From the NCBI GenBank assembly GCA_963701085.1, contig OY969561.1, forward strand, positions 929,858 through 993,857: a DNA stretch of 64,000 nt, read 5' to 3'. The notes beneath the pieces were generated by a model, which saw only the letters and a list, made by a program, of their open reading frames with translations, ran no database searches and was not told the DNA's origin. Position numbers and translations under genes: made by a program. The first letter of the stretch is position 1, and each line of letters begins with the position of its first letter. Positions 20,264 to 30,566 of the stretch are shown in pieces. Source of the DNA: an uncultured bacterium (GTDB taxonomy: Bacteria > Babelota > Babeliae > Babelales > Vermiphilaceae).

Positions 20264-20500
20264 GTGTACTTCCTTAAAAAAAATAGATTTTACTTCAATT
20301 TACTCAATGCTGATGAGAATCTAACACATTTTTGACCATTTTTCTACCCAATATTGCACATAATCTGTATATTAGATAATAGGAACCTTATACATTATGA
20401 AAAATAAATAAAAAAACAACAAAAACCTCTATCCTAGGCCTTATGAAAAAAATTATTATAAACGATAATCCGTGGCAAGTGCGAATAGCCATTATTATGG

Positions 20501-21952
20501 ATGGCAAGCTACAAAACATCTACTTCTCTGCGCCAACCCACGAAGTCTCTAGAACGCGCCTACTTCAAGGGAACGGTAACCAAAGTGTTGCCTGGCATTC
20601 AAACAGCTTTTATTGAATTTGGCCAACAAAAGGCGGGATTCCTTCATATTTCAGAAATTGACCGAGAATTGGCCATGCAAAAACTGAGCAGCCAGTTGGA
20701 AGATGATGAAGATGAACCTAAAATAGAAAAAAAGGTCATCCAAAAGCGTGATATTAGCAAGATTCTCAATGAAAATGAGCCAATTCTTGTCCAGGTAAGC
20801 AAAGAGCCTGTCTATGAGAAAGGCGCAAAACTTACCACCTGCTTTACCCTGCCTGGCAGATTTATTGTACTCATGCCAAATATCCCCCGTATCGGCGTTT
20901 CAAAAAAAATTGAAAACCGCGATGAGCGCATTCGCCTCAAAACTATTATTCGTGCACATTTGCCAGAAGGTATGGGCGCAATTATCAGAACAACATCGGA
21001 AGATCGTGCAGAAAAAGACCTTATTCAAGATCTGAATTACCTCGTACAAGAATGGCATACCATAGAAAAAAGGTTTGCAACGGCAAAACCATCAGAAAAA
21101 ATACATGAAGATTTGCCACTCGTCTTGCAGATTGTGCGTGATCATTTGGATAGTGATGTGGAAGCAATCATTACTGATTCTAAACAAAGCCAAAATGAAC
21201 TCTATAAATTTGCCAAACAAATCGCTCCAGAATTTGCACACGTTATCCAATCCTACAATGATAACGTCAATATTTTTTCAGCCTATGGCATTGAAAAACA
21301 GATTGAACAAGCACTCAAGAAAAAAGTTTCCCTCAAATCTGGTGGATCTATTATCATTGAATCGACAGAAGCAATGACGGTTGTTGACGTTAATACCGGT
21401 CGCTTTATCGGAAAAACAAACCTGGAAGACACCATTCTAAAAACAAATCTAGAAGCTGCTGAAGAAGTTGTTCAGCAACTAAGATTACGCAACATAGGTG
21501 GCCTTATTGTTATTGATTTTATTGATATGGGATCAGCATCTAACCGTCAAAAAGTTTTTAGTTTTTTTGAAAAAATATTAAAAGAACGTGATAAATTCCA
21601 ATCAGTGGTACTCAAAATTTCTGAATTTGGTCTGGTGCAGATGACCCGCAAACGTTCTGGCAAAACATTGGTTCAACAACTGACCAATGATTGTTCAACG
21701 TGCCACGGCTTAGGATTTGTTAAATCATACCAAACTGAAAGCTATGAAATACTGCGCGCTGTTCATGATGAAATGATCACACTGCCAACTGGTAAAAAAA
21801 TTGAAATTCATCTCAACTCCCATATATTCAATTATATTACCTCAATTGAATATGATGCTATTTTGAAATTAGAAAACATCTACAATGTTAAAATTACCCT
21901 ATTAAGCTCCAAAGACCTTCCTGTTGATACATACAAAATCGAAAAAAAATAA
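20501..21952 (+). CDS. rng: ribonuclease G/E family (true start probably ATG 20443 across a 1-nt frame change near 20545)
   Basis: S1 domain (GTVTKVLPGIQTAFIEFG..KAGFLH) and catalytic core (VVDVNTGRF). The upstream frame gives MKKIIINDNPWQVRIAIIMDGKLQNIYFSAPTHE, the expected RNase G N-terminus. Confidence 0.85.
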   Translation: MASYKTSTSLRQPTKSLERAYFKGTVTKVLPGIQTAFIEFGQQKAGFLHISEIDRELAMQKLSSQLEDDEDEPKIEKKVIQKRDISKILNENEPILVQVSKEPVYEKGAKLTTCFTLPGRFIVLMPNIPRIGVSKKIENRDERIRLKTIIRAHLPEGMGAIIRTTSEDRAEKDLIQDLNYLVQEWHTIEKRFATAKPSEKIHEDLPLVLQIVRDHLDSDVEAIITDSKQSQNELYKFAKQIAPEFAHVIQSYNDNVNIFSAYGIEKQIEQALKKKVSLKSGGSIIIESTEAMTVVDVNTGRFIGKTNLEDTILKTNLEAAEEVVQQLRLRNIGGLIVIDFIDMGSASNRQKVFSFFEKILKERDKFQSVVLKISEFGLVQMTRKRSGKTLVQQLTNDCSTCHGLGFVKSYQTESYEILRAVHDEMITLPTGKKIEIHLNSHIFNYITSIEYDAILKLENIYNVKITLLSSKDLPVDTYKIEKK

Positions 21953-22003
21953 TAAACTAGTATCATTATATGCGCTCCCAAAGTCGTGAAAATCTTAATC
22001 TTT

Positions 22004-22148
22004 CCTGCGCTCGCCCTGAACTTGTTGAAGGGTCTCTTTGAGCGCTCGAGGATATCATTTATTCCCCAATTTCCACTTCGTTCCAATTGGGGTCCCCAGT
22101 CGAAAGGAAGTGAAGATGGGGTTAAACAAGCTCAGGACGAGCGCGGAG
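22004..22148. repeat. palindromic repeat RE-B with an inserted internal module
   Basis: Left arm CCTGCGCTCGCCCTGAACTTGTTGAAGGG (22004-22032), right arm CAAGCTCAGGACGAGCGCGG (22127-22146). The internal GGTCCCCAGTCGAAAGGAAGTGAAGATGGGGTTA recurs at 43236-43268. Confidence 0.7.
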
Positions 22149-22188
22149 AGTCGAAAAAAAAATAACATACTTTTTCAAGGACCATTTT

Positions 22189-23705
22189 ATGGCTGAACAT
22201 ACTACCTCTATACTCGATAAATACCCTGCTTATGAAACAACCATCGGCATTGAAGTTCACGTACAACTCATGACGAACACAAAAATATTTTGCACATGCC
22301 AAAACACCGTAGCAAAAGATCCCAATTCACACATATGCCAGATTTGTGCTGGATATCCCGGCGCAATGCCAATGCTCAATAAAAAAGTGGTTGATTTTGC
22401 AATTTTAGCAGGACTTGGAACCAACTGCACCATCAACCAACAATCAACCTTTGATCGTAAACATTATTTTTATCCTGATTTACCAAAAAACTTCCAAATC
22501 ACGCAACAAGCTGAACCAATTTGTACCGATGGCTATGTGCCAATTAGACTGGAAGATGGCAGCATAAAAAAAATTAATTTAATTCGCATTCATATCGAAG
22601 AAGATGCGGGTAAAAATATTCACTCAAGCTATAGCAACGAAAGCTTTGTTGATTTAAACCGTGCCGGCACACCGCTGTTGGAAATTGTCAGTCACCCTGA
22701 TATTTCATCAACGTATGAAGTTCGCACGTACTTAAAAACATTGCGCTCAATTGTGCAATATTTGGGCATCTGCACGGGTAATATGGATGAGGGTTCATTC
22801 CGTGCGGATACCAATATCTCCGTGCGCAAAAAAGGACAAAAAGAGTTGGGCACCAAATGTGAACTCAAAAACATCAACTCATTCAAATTTATTTCCGATG
22901 CAACGGAACATGAATTGGAACGTCAAATTAAAATTCTTGAAGCTGGCGGAAAAGTACGCTCAGAAACGCGCCTCTGGGATTCAAAAGAAAAAACTACTAT
23001 CATGATGCGCTCAAAAGAAGAAACTGCGGATTATCGTTTTTTCCAGGAGCCCGATTTACCAATTATTTTTATTGATGATGCACGCCTTGAAAAGGCGAAA
23101 TAAAATATGCCAGAGCTTCCACTCGCCAAATTTGAACGCTTTACCAAAGAACTTGGCCTCAGTGAATACGAAGCGGATATTTTAATAGAAGATATTGATC
23201 TTGCAAACTATTTTGATGCAGCAAAAAAATATACCGCGAGCAAAAATCTTATTCATTGGATTTTACGTGATTTGATGGGTTACTTCAAAGAACAAAAAAT
23301 CTCATTATCAGAATGTAAAGTAACGCCAGAACGTCTTGGCAAAATAGTTGATTTGATTGATCAGGTGTTATCAACAGCCCTACCGCAAAAGAAGTTCTTG
23401 TTTTTGTTGCACAAGAAAATAAAGATCCGATGATTATTATTGAAGAAAAAGGCCTCAAGCAAATTGGTTCTGTTGATGAGCTTGAAGCTATGGTCAAAGA
23501 AATTATTGCGGCAAATCCTGGTCAAACGGCAGAATATCGCTCAGGAAAAGAAAAATTATTTGGTTTCTTTGTTGGGCAAATGATGCAGAAGACAAAAGGC
23601 AAAGGCAACCCGCAACTTATTAATGATCTTGATCAAGAAGCATTTGAATACCCCGCGCTCGTCCTGAACTTGTTGAAGGATGTCTTCGAGCGCAATAAAT
23701 TATAA
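22189..23705 (+). pseudogene. gatB: Asp/Glu-tRNA amidotransferase subunit B, one in-frame TAA plus at least one frame change as sequenced
   Basis: GatB N-terminal core (YETTIGIEVHVQL, CQICAGYPGAMP, RIHIEEDAGK, NRAGTPLLEIV). TAA at 23101-23103 is in frame with 23107-23433 (..LEKAK*NMPELPLAKFERF). A missing G at about 23368 (GATCAGGTG) restores ..LIDQGVINSPTAKEVLVFVAQENKDPMIIIEEKGL.. into 23430-23705. Confidence 0.85.
23653..23692. repeat. half copy of RE-B forming the last codons of gatB
   Basis: CCGCGCTCGTCCTGAACTTGTTGAAGGATGTCTTCGAGCGC, translated as ..YPALVLNLLKDVFERNKL* in the gatB frame as sequenced. Confidence 0.6.
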
Positions 23706-23710
23706 CAGTT

Positions 23711-23741
23711 AAATCCCATGGAATTCGTCAGGGATTTTTTA
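23711..23741 (+). terminator. rho-independent terminator after gatB
   Basis: Stem AAATCCC / GGGATTT around a 13-nt loop, followed by TTTTAT. The same hairpin design recurs at 24882 and 25882. Confidence 0.5.
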
Positions 23742-23812
23742 TTTATAACATCTTTTGATATAGTCATCCTTATGCTATTAACATCAATAATCAATAATCG
23801 AAAGTAGTATGT

Positions 23813-24875
23813 ATGAAAAAATTATGCGTTTCGCTTGTATGCGCAATTATAATTACTACCCCAATCCACTCAAACAAGCCAATATCAAACAGTAGAAAAC
23901 CTTCTATGTCTCTTAGGTAAAAAATGCTCACGATATAATTTACAAATCTTTACCCCAATGGGAAACTCCTGCCAAAAGGAAAATTATAACTGTATTAGTA
24001 GCATCAATCGTAATTTATATAAAGCTCTCGAAAGGAAACGAAATGACCCTATCACTACACGTGCTCATGATTAAACTCATTGCACTCAACATTCTACCAA
24101 CTGAATGGCCATGTTGCGAACTAAGTTGCAACACTGAAAAGCTCCTGGGGCAAAAAGATGTATTCACCTCACAATGAATTATATCGTGAAGAGCTTACCG
24201 CAGAAAAGGTTGAAGAATTATATACAATGAGGGAGTTCTTAACTACGATGCTTGCCCTCATTCTACATAATGATAAAGACCAATTGGCATTTCAAGACAT
24301 ATCCCATTTCTTACTGGGTTCCAAAGCCGTATTACAGAATATGGCCATAATACGAAAAACTTCCGCAATTAGGCGCAAACCACGATATGTATCATAAAAT
24401 TAGCCAAGACTACTACCCATGGCAACATGCAATATATACTGGAAATATTTAAAAAATTAAACTATTATTAACTACAAAGCAAAAAAAATGTTGACGATTT
24501 ATGTGCTATTTGGACTTGCAATAAAGAGTAAAAAATCACCAATATATAGATCTCCTTATTGCCAATTCCACCATGAGGAACTTAATGATGGACTAATCTG
24601 CCTGTATATGAGCCTATTAACATCAACCAAATTATGCAAAAGTTAATTGATAATGAAGCAGACCCTAGTATTGCGCTTTTCATGTCTTAGAAAAGATACA
24701 ATATAAAAGAATTAAAGATAGAAAAAAGATTGATATTAATAAAAGTTCATATTCCTTTGTGATCAACGGAGCATATGATGCAACAACACTCAGTCAAGTA
24801 GAAAACATACACATTTTTAGCTCTCTTGCCATAAACTCGAAAATAATACCCAAAATAAAAATATCTCACAATTAA
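23813..24875 (+). pseudogene. decayed paralogue of the ankyrin-like genes at 24979-27058
   Basis: MKKLCVSLVCAIIITTPIHS leader. Scraps NRNLYKALERKRNDPITTRA (vs NKDLYQELDKQRNDPITARS), ELTAEKVEELY, and LIDNEADPSIALF (vs FIDNGANPSIALH). Many stops and frame changes. Confidence 0.5.
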
Positions 24876-24881
24876 CAACAA

Positions 24882-24910
24882 AAATCCCTGGCGAAAGCTG
24901 GGGATTTTTT
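24882..24910 (+). terminator. rho-independent terminator-like hairpin
   Basis: AAATCCCTGG-CGAAAG-CTGGGGATTT followed by TTTTAT. Confidence 0.5.
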
Positions 24911-24978
24911 ATTGAACAAATAATAAATTAATACTATAGTAACAGCCGTAATAATATTGCCTAAAAAAAAGGATATCC

Positions 24979-25860
24979 ATGAACAAGCTTTATATATCAT
25001 TATTATCAGCAATGCTCTGCGTTCAACAAACACAAAGCATGGAAAAACAACTAATAACAAACCCCGTTAACGAGACATTTTATGATAGCAGCAGCAATAC
25101 AAACAAAAAAAGATTTGTAGAATATACAACATGTGATGAATATGGCGATTTAAACACAAAAACAGTAGATGTTTTGAGTTTAAAACTCTATAACCACAAA
25201 CTTAATGAAAATGAGATAGAAAAATTAGTACTGCAAGGTGCTGATGTTAATTATAAAATTCCTCATCGCCTTCGCGATCACCCATACCAAACGACAACAG
25301 TACCTGCTTTTTTTGCTGGTAATGAAACTGAACAGGGTATAAAAAATATGCAAAAACTTATTGCGCTTGGTGCGCATCTGCACCATACTCCTCAGCAAAC
25401 AGAGACCCCTCTATTTATAGCAACCGACCTCAACAACACTCCTATGATGCTACTATTACTCCCTTATGAAAAAATTGAAACTCCTACATCAAAAGAAAAA
25501 GAAACAAGATCTATGGTTATAAACCATTCCTTACGCAATCAAAAATTTGAAGTAATAAAATTATTGCTCCAACTAAAATTAATAACAGCCAACGAAGGAT
25601 TACACAGATTGATTCACTTTAATATACCTAATCGGGAAATTTTTAATTATTTAATTGATAATGGTGCCGATAATTATAAAGATAATTGTAATACAATGAA
25701 CTTGGCAAATAAAGTATTTTCAATCGATAGTTCTATCATATTCCTTGAGCTCATTTGCGCGCGCGGAGTCTTTGATGAAAAAATATTAACGAACATGCAG
25801 ACCCTCAAAACACACATCGATAATACAATACAAAACCTAGAAAATAACCGTCCAAAATAA
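24979..25860 (+). CDS. secreted ankyrin-repeat-like protein
   Basis: Leader ..CVQQTQSME. ANK-like segments LVLQGADVNYK, LIALGAHLHH, TPLFIATDLNNTPMMLLLL, LIDNGADNYKD. Confidence 0.65.
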   Translation: MNKLYISLLSAMLCVQQTQSMEKQLITNPVNETFYDSSSNTNKKRFVEYTTCDEYGDLNTKTVDVLSLKLYNHKLNENEIEKLVLQGADVNYKIPHRLRDHPYQTTTVPAFFAGNETEQGIKNMQKLIALGAHLHHTPQQTETPLFIATDLNNTPMMLLLLPYEKIETPTSKEKETRSMVINHSLRNQKFEVIKLLLQLKLITANEGLHRLIHFNIPNREIFNYLIDNGADNYKDNCNTMNLANKVFSIDSSIIFLELICARGVFDEKILTNMQTLKTHIDNTIQNLENNRPK

Positions 25861-25881
25861 AAAACAGCTCATTACTAATAA

Positions 25882-25911
25882 AAATCCTCGGCTAAATACC
25901 GGGGATTTTTT
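25882..25911 (+). terminator. rho-independent terminator-like hairpin
   Basis: AAATCCTCGG-CTAAATA-CCGGGGATTT followed by TTTAT. Confidence 0.5.
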
Positions 25912-25984
25912 ATTTACCACATTATTTGTTATAGTGGTGCCAACAAACCACATAACCAACAATAATCGAAAGTAATAAAATCGA

Positions 25985-27058
25985 ATGAATAAATTATTAA
26001 TTACACTCGTATGCGCCATTACCTTCACACCTCACATTTTTAGCATGGAAGAAAATTCACTTCAACAAGTGTCTCAAGCACTTCCATACAAATGCTCAAA
26101 AAAAATTCTCCTCGAACTATCTCAAAACTGTCATAGATATGCTGATAATTATGAATGGAACTGTACAAAATCCGCATTAGTATCTCGCATTATTTTCAAC
26201 GTGAGCCTGGTAAACAAGGATTTATATCAAGAACTTGATAAACAAAGAAATGACCCTATTACTGCACGTAGTATAATCATAAATACTAGACACCAATATC
26301 TCGATGATTCTTTTGCCTCAGATGACGTAGAAAACTTTGTCTTTCCTGGTGCAAAAAAGTGTCGTGAACTCACTGCTCAATTATATGATGACAACCTCAC
26401 TGAAGACATGGTCGAAAAATTATTCCACCAAGGAGCCACTATTGATTACGATGTCAACGCATCCCGACATACGGTCCTACACTACCCCCCACTATTTTAT
26501 TGGGGTTGCATATCACATAAAAATGAAGAGCAAAGCAAAGCAATAATAAAAAAACTGCTTGATCTTGGAGCAAACCCTGATAAATGCGATGTTTTAACTT
26601 ATGTTATAGATACTGAAAATATTGATTTAACTAAAATGATACTTAACTATAAACCAGTAATAAAATTTAATACATGGAGAGCTGTATCAGTTGTATCACG
26701 AAACATGCAAGAATATATTGATCTATTGCTACCATGTGCCACCCAAGATGAACTTAATGATGGATTATACTGCTTTGCTTGTAATAGCTTGGTCTATAAA
26801 CCGGAAATTATGCAAAAATTTATTGATAATGGAGCAAACCCTAGTATCGCACTACATCAACTTATAACAAGGCTAACAAATTTCACACTTCTCGATGCCA
26901 ATCATGACTTTATCAAAATTTTTAACTTTCTTTGTAGTAAAGGAGCATTTGATAAAAAAGCGCTCACCCACTTACAACATTTACAAGATATTCTTGGCTC
27001 TCTTATAAATGAACTAGACAGGAATCAACCATCAGACCCATTCGGTATGGAACAATAA
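25985..27058 (+). CDS. secreted ankyrin-repeat-like protein with a possible F-box-like N-terminal segment
   Basis: Leader ..TPHIFSME. LFHQGATIDYD, LLDLGANPDKCDVLTYVI, FIDNGANPSIALHQLI. N-terminal LPYKCSKKILLELS...VSLVNKDLYQEL loosely fits the F-box pattern. Confidence 0.6.
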   Translation: MNKLLITLVCAITFTPHIFSMEENSLQQVSQALPYKCSKKILLELSQNCHRYADNYEWNCTKSALVSRIIFNVSLVNKDLYQELDKQRNDPITARSIIINTRHQYLDDSFASDDVENFVFPGAKKCRELTAQLYDDNLTEDMVEKLFHQGATIDYDVNASRHTVLHYPPLFYWGCISHKNEEQSKAIIKKLLDLGANPDKCDVLTYVIDTENIDLTKMILNYKPVIKFNTWRAVSVVSRNMQEYIDLLLPCATQDELNDGLYCFACNSLVYKPEIMQKFIDNGANPSIALHQLITRLTNFTLLDANHDFIKIFNFLCSKGAFDKKALTHLQHLQDILGSLINELDRNQPSDPFGMEQ

Positions 27059-27060
27059 AT

Positions 27061-27783
27061 TTAACGCCCAAACAAAAACTTTAACCATTTTAGGAAAGTA
27101 GAGCTTTGCTTTGCATCTGCAACTTGTTGATGCGCATTGGCCAGTTGTTGCTGTGCAATTGTTTGTTGCTCTTTGGCTAAACTTTCTTTATAAATACTCA
27201 ACTGAGTCAAATAATCTTTATGGTCTCTAATACGTTTAATTGCCTCCGATATATTCCCAAACAATGTCTTAGCTCGAGACAATGATGCATCACACTCTTC
27301 TTGCAACAAAACATTCTTGCCAACTTCTGCTGATGCTTTATTAATTAAACTCAGTGTGTAATGCATTGTTGGCACCAACGCAATCAAATGATTATATGCG
27401 CTAATTAACGGTAAATCATCAGTCAAATACACATCCTGCACCGTATCAAAAAATGCCCTGTCACTATCAAAACATGTTCGCGCTAGGGTATGACGTGCAA
27501 TATCATTAAGCAATGCATTCGCCCGTTTAATACGTCCGGCTGGCGTTGATTTATGCAAAACATAATATGACATTGCAGTTATTACACAACCAGCACCAAC
27601 TAAAATACCAGGATTAATTTTCTGCTGCGTATCCGACCAGAGTTTGTAACCACCACCAGCACACAAAGATGCTATCAACACCGAACCTATATTTGCTGTT
27701 GAATCTTGAATGCCATGCAATGGAACATTGCATAACGATAATGCTACGACGAGAGATGTTATTGTTTTTATATTCTTAATCAT
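27061..27783 (-). CDS. membrane-anchored coiled-coil hypothetical protein
   Basis: Signal-like N-terminus, two hydrophobic segments, Q-rich C-terminal coiled coil (QQTIAQQQLANAHQQVADAKQ). Confidence 0.5.
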   Translation of the reverse strand: MIKNIKTITSLVVALSLCNVPLHGIQDSTANIGSVLIASLCAGGGYKLWSDTQQKINPGILVGAGCVITAMSYYVLHKSTPAGRIKRANALLNDIARHTLARTCFDSDRAFFDTVQDVYLTDDLPLISAYNHLIALVPTMHYTLSLINKASAEVGKNVLLQEECDASLSRAKTLFGNISEAIKRIRDHKDYLTQLSIYKESLAKEQQTIAQQQLANAHQQVADAKQSSTFLKWLKFLFGR

Positions 27784-27840
27784 TAATAATTCTTTCTATG
27801 AATAATCTATATTTATAATCTATCCCTAAACTAATTTTTT

Positions 27841-27921
27841 CCTGCGCTCGCCCTGAACGTGTTGAAGGGTTTTCTTCGAGCGCTCGAGGATATTCTTCAA
27901 CAAGTTCAGAACGAGCGCGGG
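27841..27921. repeat. palindromic repeat RE-B, full copy
   Basis: CCTGCGCTCGCCCTGAACGTGTTGAAGGG...CTTCAACAAGTTCAGAACGAGCGCGGG. Lies 40 nt 3' of the glycosylase stop. Confidence 0.75.
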
Positions 27922-27960
27922 AGACCAAAACGTTTTTACAACTCTAGAAATAAACTCTAT

Positions 27961-28782
27961 TTATGTAATTGAGTATACACCATTTACCGATTTTTTAATA
28001 AAATCTTCACCAATAAGTTTATCTATAATTTTTTCAACACGTGCCACATCTTTATTAACTGCACTCAAAATTTCATGATGCGATAGCTCTTCTTTTTCTG
28101 CAATAAGCTTTACTATCCGTGCCCGTATCTGCCGATCAGAACCTTCAAACTTAGATTGTTTGGTATGATGCGCACTTTTGCGACTCGGATTTATGTGCTG
28201 TGATTTGCACCACACACCATAATCCATCAATGCATAATACCATTCTCGTGGATTATCATGATCAACGCTTGCGGCAATCAATGGTAACAACTCTTTATCA
28301 GTAACACCAACTGTATCTTTAAAAAAACAGTGGATAAATACGGTTCTGATATTAGTTTCAATAAACACGGTAGGCTTATTAAATGCGAATGCACCAATCG
28401 ATCCTGCCGTTCCCGGCCCAATCCCTGGTAACGTTTCTAATAAGTGTTGATCTTGTGGCAAAACACCACCATGCTCATTAACAACAATCTGTGCTAACTG
28501 ATGCAAGTAGCGCGCACGCCGGTAATAACCAAGGCCCTGCCATACCGAAAGAACATCACGCAACGAACTTACAGCTAGTGATTCAAATGTAGGAAATTCT
28601 GCAATAAACTGTTCATATTTATGTATCACGCGATGCGTTTGTGTCTGCTGCAACATCAATTCTGAAACTACAACATAATACGGGTTATCAACATGCCTCC
28701 ATGCAAACTCACGCTTATTCTGATGATAAAAATTCCAGATAAATTCTTTAAATGCTGCTATTTGATTCATAGTTGTGCTCAA
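27961..28782 (-). CDS. HhH-GPD DNA glycosylase, MutY-like, without the Fe-S cluster cysteines
   Basis: VSELMLQQTQT (catalytic Glu context), WQGLGYYRRARYL, HhH LPGIGPGTAGSI. After ALMDYGVWC only one Cys is present instead of C-x6-C-x2-C-x5-C. The C-terminus is FEGSDRQIRARIVKL... rather than a Nudix-like domain. Confidence 0.75.
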   Translation of the reverse strand: MSTTMNQIAAFKEFIWNFYHQNKREFAWRHVDNPYYVVVSELMLQQTQTHRVIHKYEQFIAEFPTFESLAVSSLRDVLSVWQGLGYYRRARYLHQLAQIVVNEHGGVLPQDQHLLETLPGIGPGTAGSIGAFAFNKPTVFIETNIRTVFIHCFFKDTVGVTDKELLPLIAASVDHDNPREWYYALMDYGVWCKSQHINPSRKSAHHTKQSKFEGSDRQIRARIVKLIAEKEELSHHEILSAVNKDVARVEKIIDKLIGEDFIKKSVNGVYSIT

Positions 28783-28856
28783 ACAAACAAATGGGGTATG
28801 AAAATTTACTCTTCATACCCCATTTTATCTTAATATCAACTTAACTGCACATGCAA

Positions 28857-30566
28857 TTATCTGCCTGGCTCAAACTCAACTTGAATTCTTCTGCCTTTAA
28901 ACGTTGTATCTTTTAACGTTTTAACAATAGCTTGCGCTTTTTTGTTATCATCAACGGTAAAGAATGAACGTGTATTTTGCATTGAAACACGTGATACACA
29001 TGATCCATCAACAGCAGATGTTGTAGTGATAAACTTAATCAACGCTTCTTTGTTCATGTAGTCAATTTTTCCTACATTAATAAAGAGTCGCGATTCATCT
29101 CTGCCATTACTGCTAAATCGGCTGCCTGATGAATAATTATCAGCACTACCATTACTTCCTCTGCCTCTGACTTCTCCTCTATTCCATCCCGCTCGTCCTG
29201 CTGAGCTTGCTGAAGAATCTCTATCTCTATACGCATCATAGCTACTTGCAGATGTGTTTAGATTTGGCGATTTTTTGTAATGAAGCAACATTTCACTACA
29301 CTGTAATGAAAATATACGTTCAATAATTTCTTCTTTAGTCAGCGCTTGCAATGATTGCTGAACTGCTGGTAAATAAGGTTTAATAACATCATTAACCGGA
29401 GTTTCAATCAATTTTTGTGCAAAATGATCTAACTGTTTTTGACACAATTGATCACCAGTTGGAACCTGGATAGGTTTAATAACAAGATTCAATTGCTGTT
29501 CTATCATTTTAATTTTACGCAATGATGAACCAATAATAATGGATACACCAGATTTACCCGCACGTGCTGTACGACCACTTCTATGAGTGTAGTTTTCAAT
29601 ATCATCTGGTAAATTGCAATGCAATACATGAGTAACGCCTTCAACGTCAATACCACGCGCCGCAACGTCGGTTGCAACGAGCACTTGTATTTTCTTGTCT
29701 CTGAACTTTTTCATAACTGCATCACGTTGTGGCTGAGACAAATCTCCGTGCAATGCATCGGAAATATAACCAGCGCTAATCAACTGTGAACTCATTTCTT
29801 GTGCATCACGCTTAGTACGACAAAATACGATACCAAACATATCAGGATAAAGATCAATAAAACGTCTTACCGCGCCATAAATATCAGCACTTCTGACGAT
29901 ACAATATTGATGTTCAATATTAGTTGCACCACTATTACGTGAACCTACCGTAATTTGTAACGGATTGCTCATGTATGTATGTGCTATTTTTTCAATTTTA
30001 GGTTGCATGGTTGCAGAAAACAACCATATTTTCTTTTCTTTTGGCGTAGACTTTAAAATTTCATCGATATCTTCTTGGAAGCCCATATCCAACATTTGGT
30101 CAGCTTCATCAAGAACAACACGACCAATATTACTTAAATTAATGGTTCCACGATTAATGTGATCAATCAATCTACCCGGTGTTCCAACAATAATATGCGC
30201 ACCGCGCCTAATTGCTGTTACCTGAGTTCTGATATCCGCACCACCATAGACCGCAACAACGTTAACACCACTGACATATTTTGCGTAGGATGTTAACTCT
30301 TTTGTAATTTGCAAACAAAGCTCACGCGTTGGGCAGATCACGAGTCCCTGAGTTTTACCATCCATAACAGCCGAAATCAATGGCAATCCAAACGCAGCCG
30401 TTTTACCGGTACCTGTTTGTGCCAAACCTATAAGATCCCTGTCTCCCTTTAAAAGAAGAGGAATCGCTTTTTCCTGAATTGCTGTTGGTTGGGTAAAACC
30501 TAATTCAGAAACCGCTTTCACTAAACGTTCATCAACACCCAATGCTTGTATACTCATACGTCTCAC
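28857..30566 (-). CDS. DEAD-box ATP-dependent RNA helicase with a DbpA-type C-terminal RNA-binding domain
   Basis: Q motif GFTQPTAIQ, AQTGTGKT, DEAD (VLDEADQM), SAT, HRSGRTARAG. R/G/S-rich linker, then LFINVGKIDYMNKEALIKFI...GRRIQVE. Confidence 0.9.
   Translation of the reverse strand: MRRMSIQALGVDERLVKAVSELGFTQPTAIQEKAIPLLLKGDRDLIGLAQTGTGKTAAFGLPLISAVMDGKTQGLVICPTRELCLQITKELTSYAKYVSGVNVVAVYGGADIRTQVTAIRRGAHIIVGTPGRLIDHINRGTINLSNIGRVVLDEADQMLDMGFQEDIDEILKSTPKEKKIWLFSATMQPKIEKIAHTYMSNPLQITVGSRNSGATNIEHQYCIVRSADIYGAVRRFIDLYPDMFGIVFCRTKRDAQEMSSQLISAGYISDALHGDLSQPQRDAVMKKFRDKKIQVLVATDVAARGIDVEGVTHVLHCNLPDDIENYTHRSGRTARAGKSGVSIIIGSSLRKIKMIEQQLNLVIKPIQVPTGDQLCQKQLDHFAQKLIETPVNDVIKPYLPAVQQSLQALTKEEIIERIFSLQCSEMLLHYKKSPNLNTSASSYDAYRDRDSSASSAGRAGWNRGEVRGRGSNGSADNYSSGSRFSSNGRDESRLFINVGKIDYMNKEALIKFITTTSAVDGSCVSRVSMQNTRSFFTVDDNKKAQAIVKTLKDTTFKGRRIQVEFEPGR
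29188..29217. repeat. diverged RE-B-like segment inside the helicase linker
   Basis: CCGCTCGTCCTGCTGAGCTTGCTGAAGAAT vs RE-B core GCGCTCGTCCTGAACTTGTTGAAGGAT. Encodes ..DSSASSAGRAGW.. on the minus strand. Confidence 0.4.
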
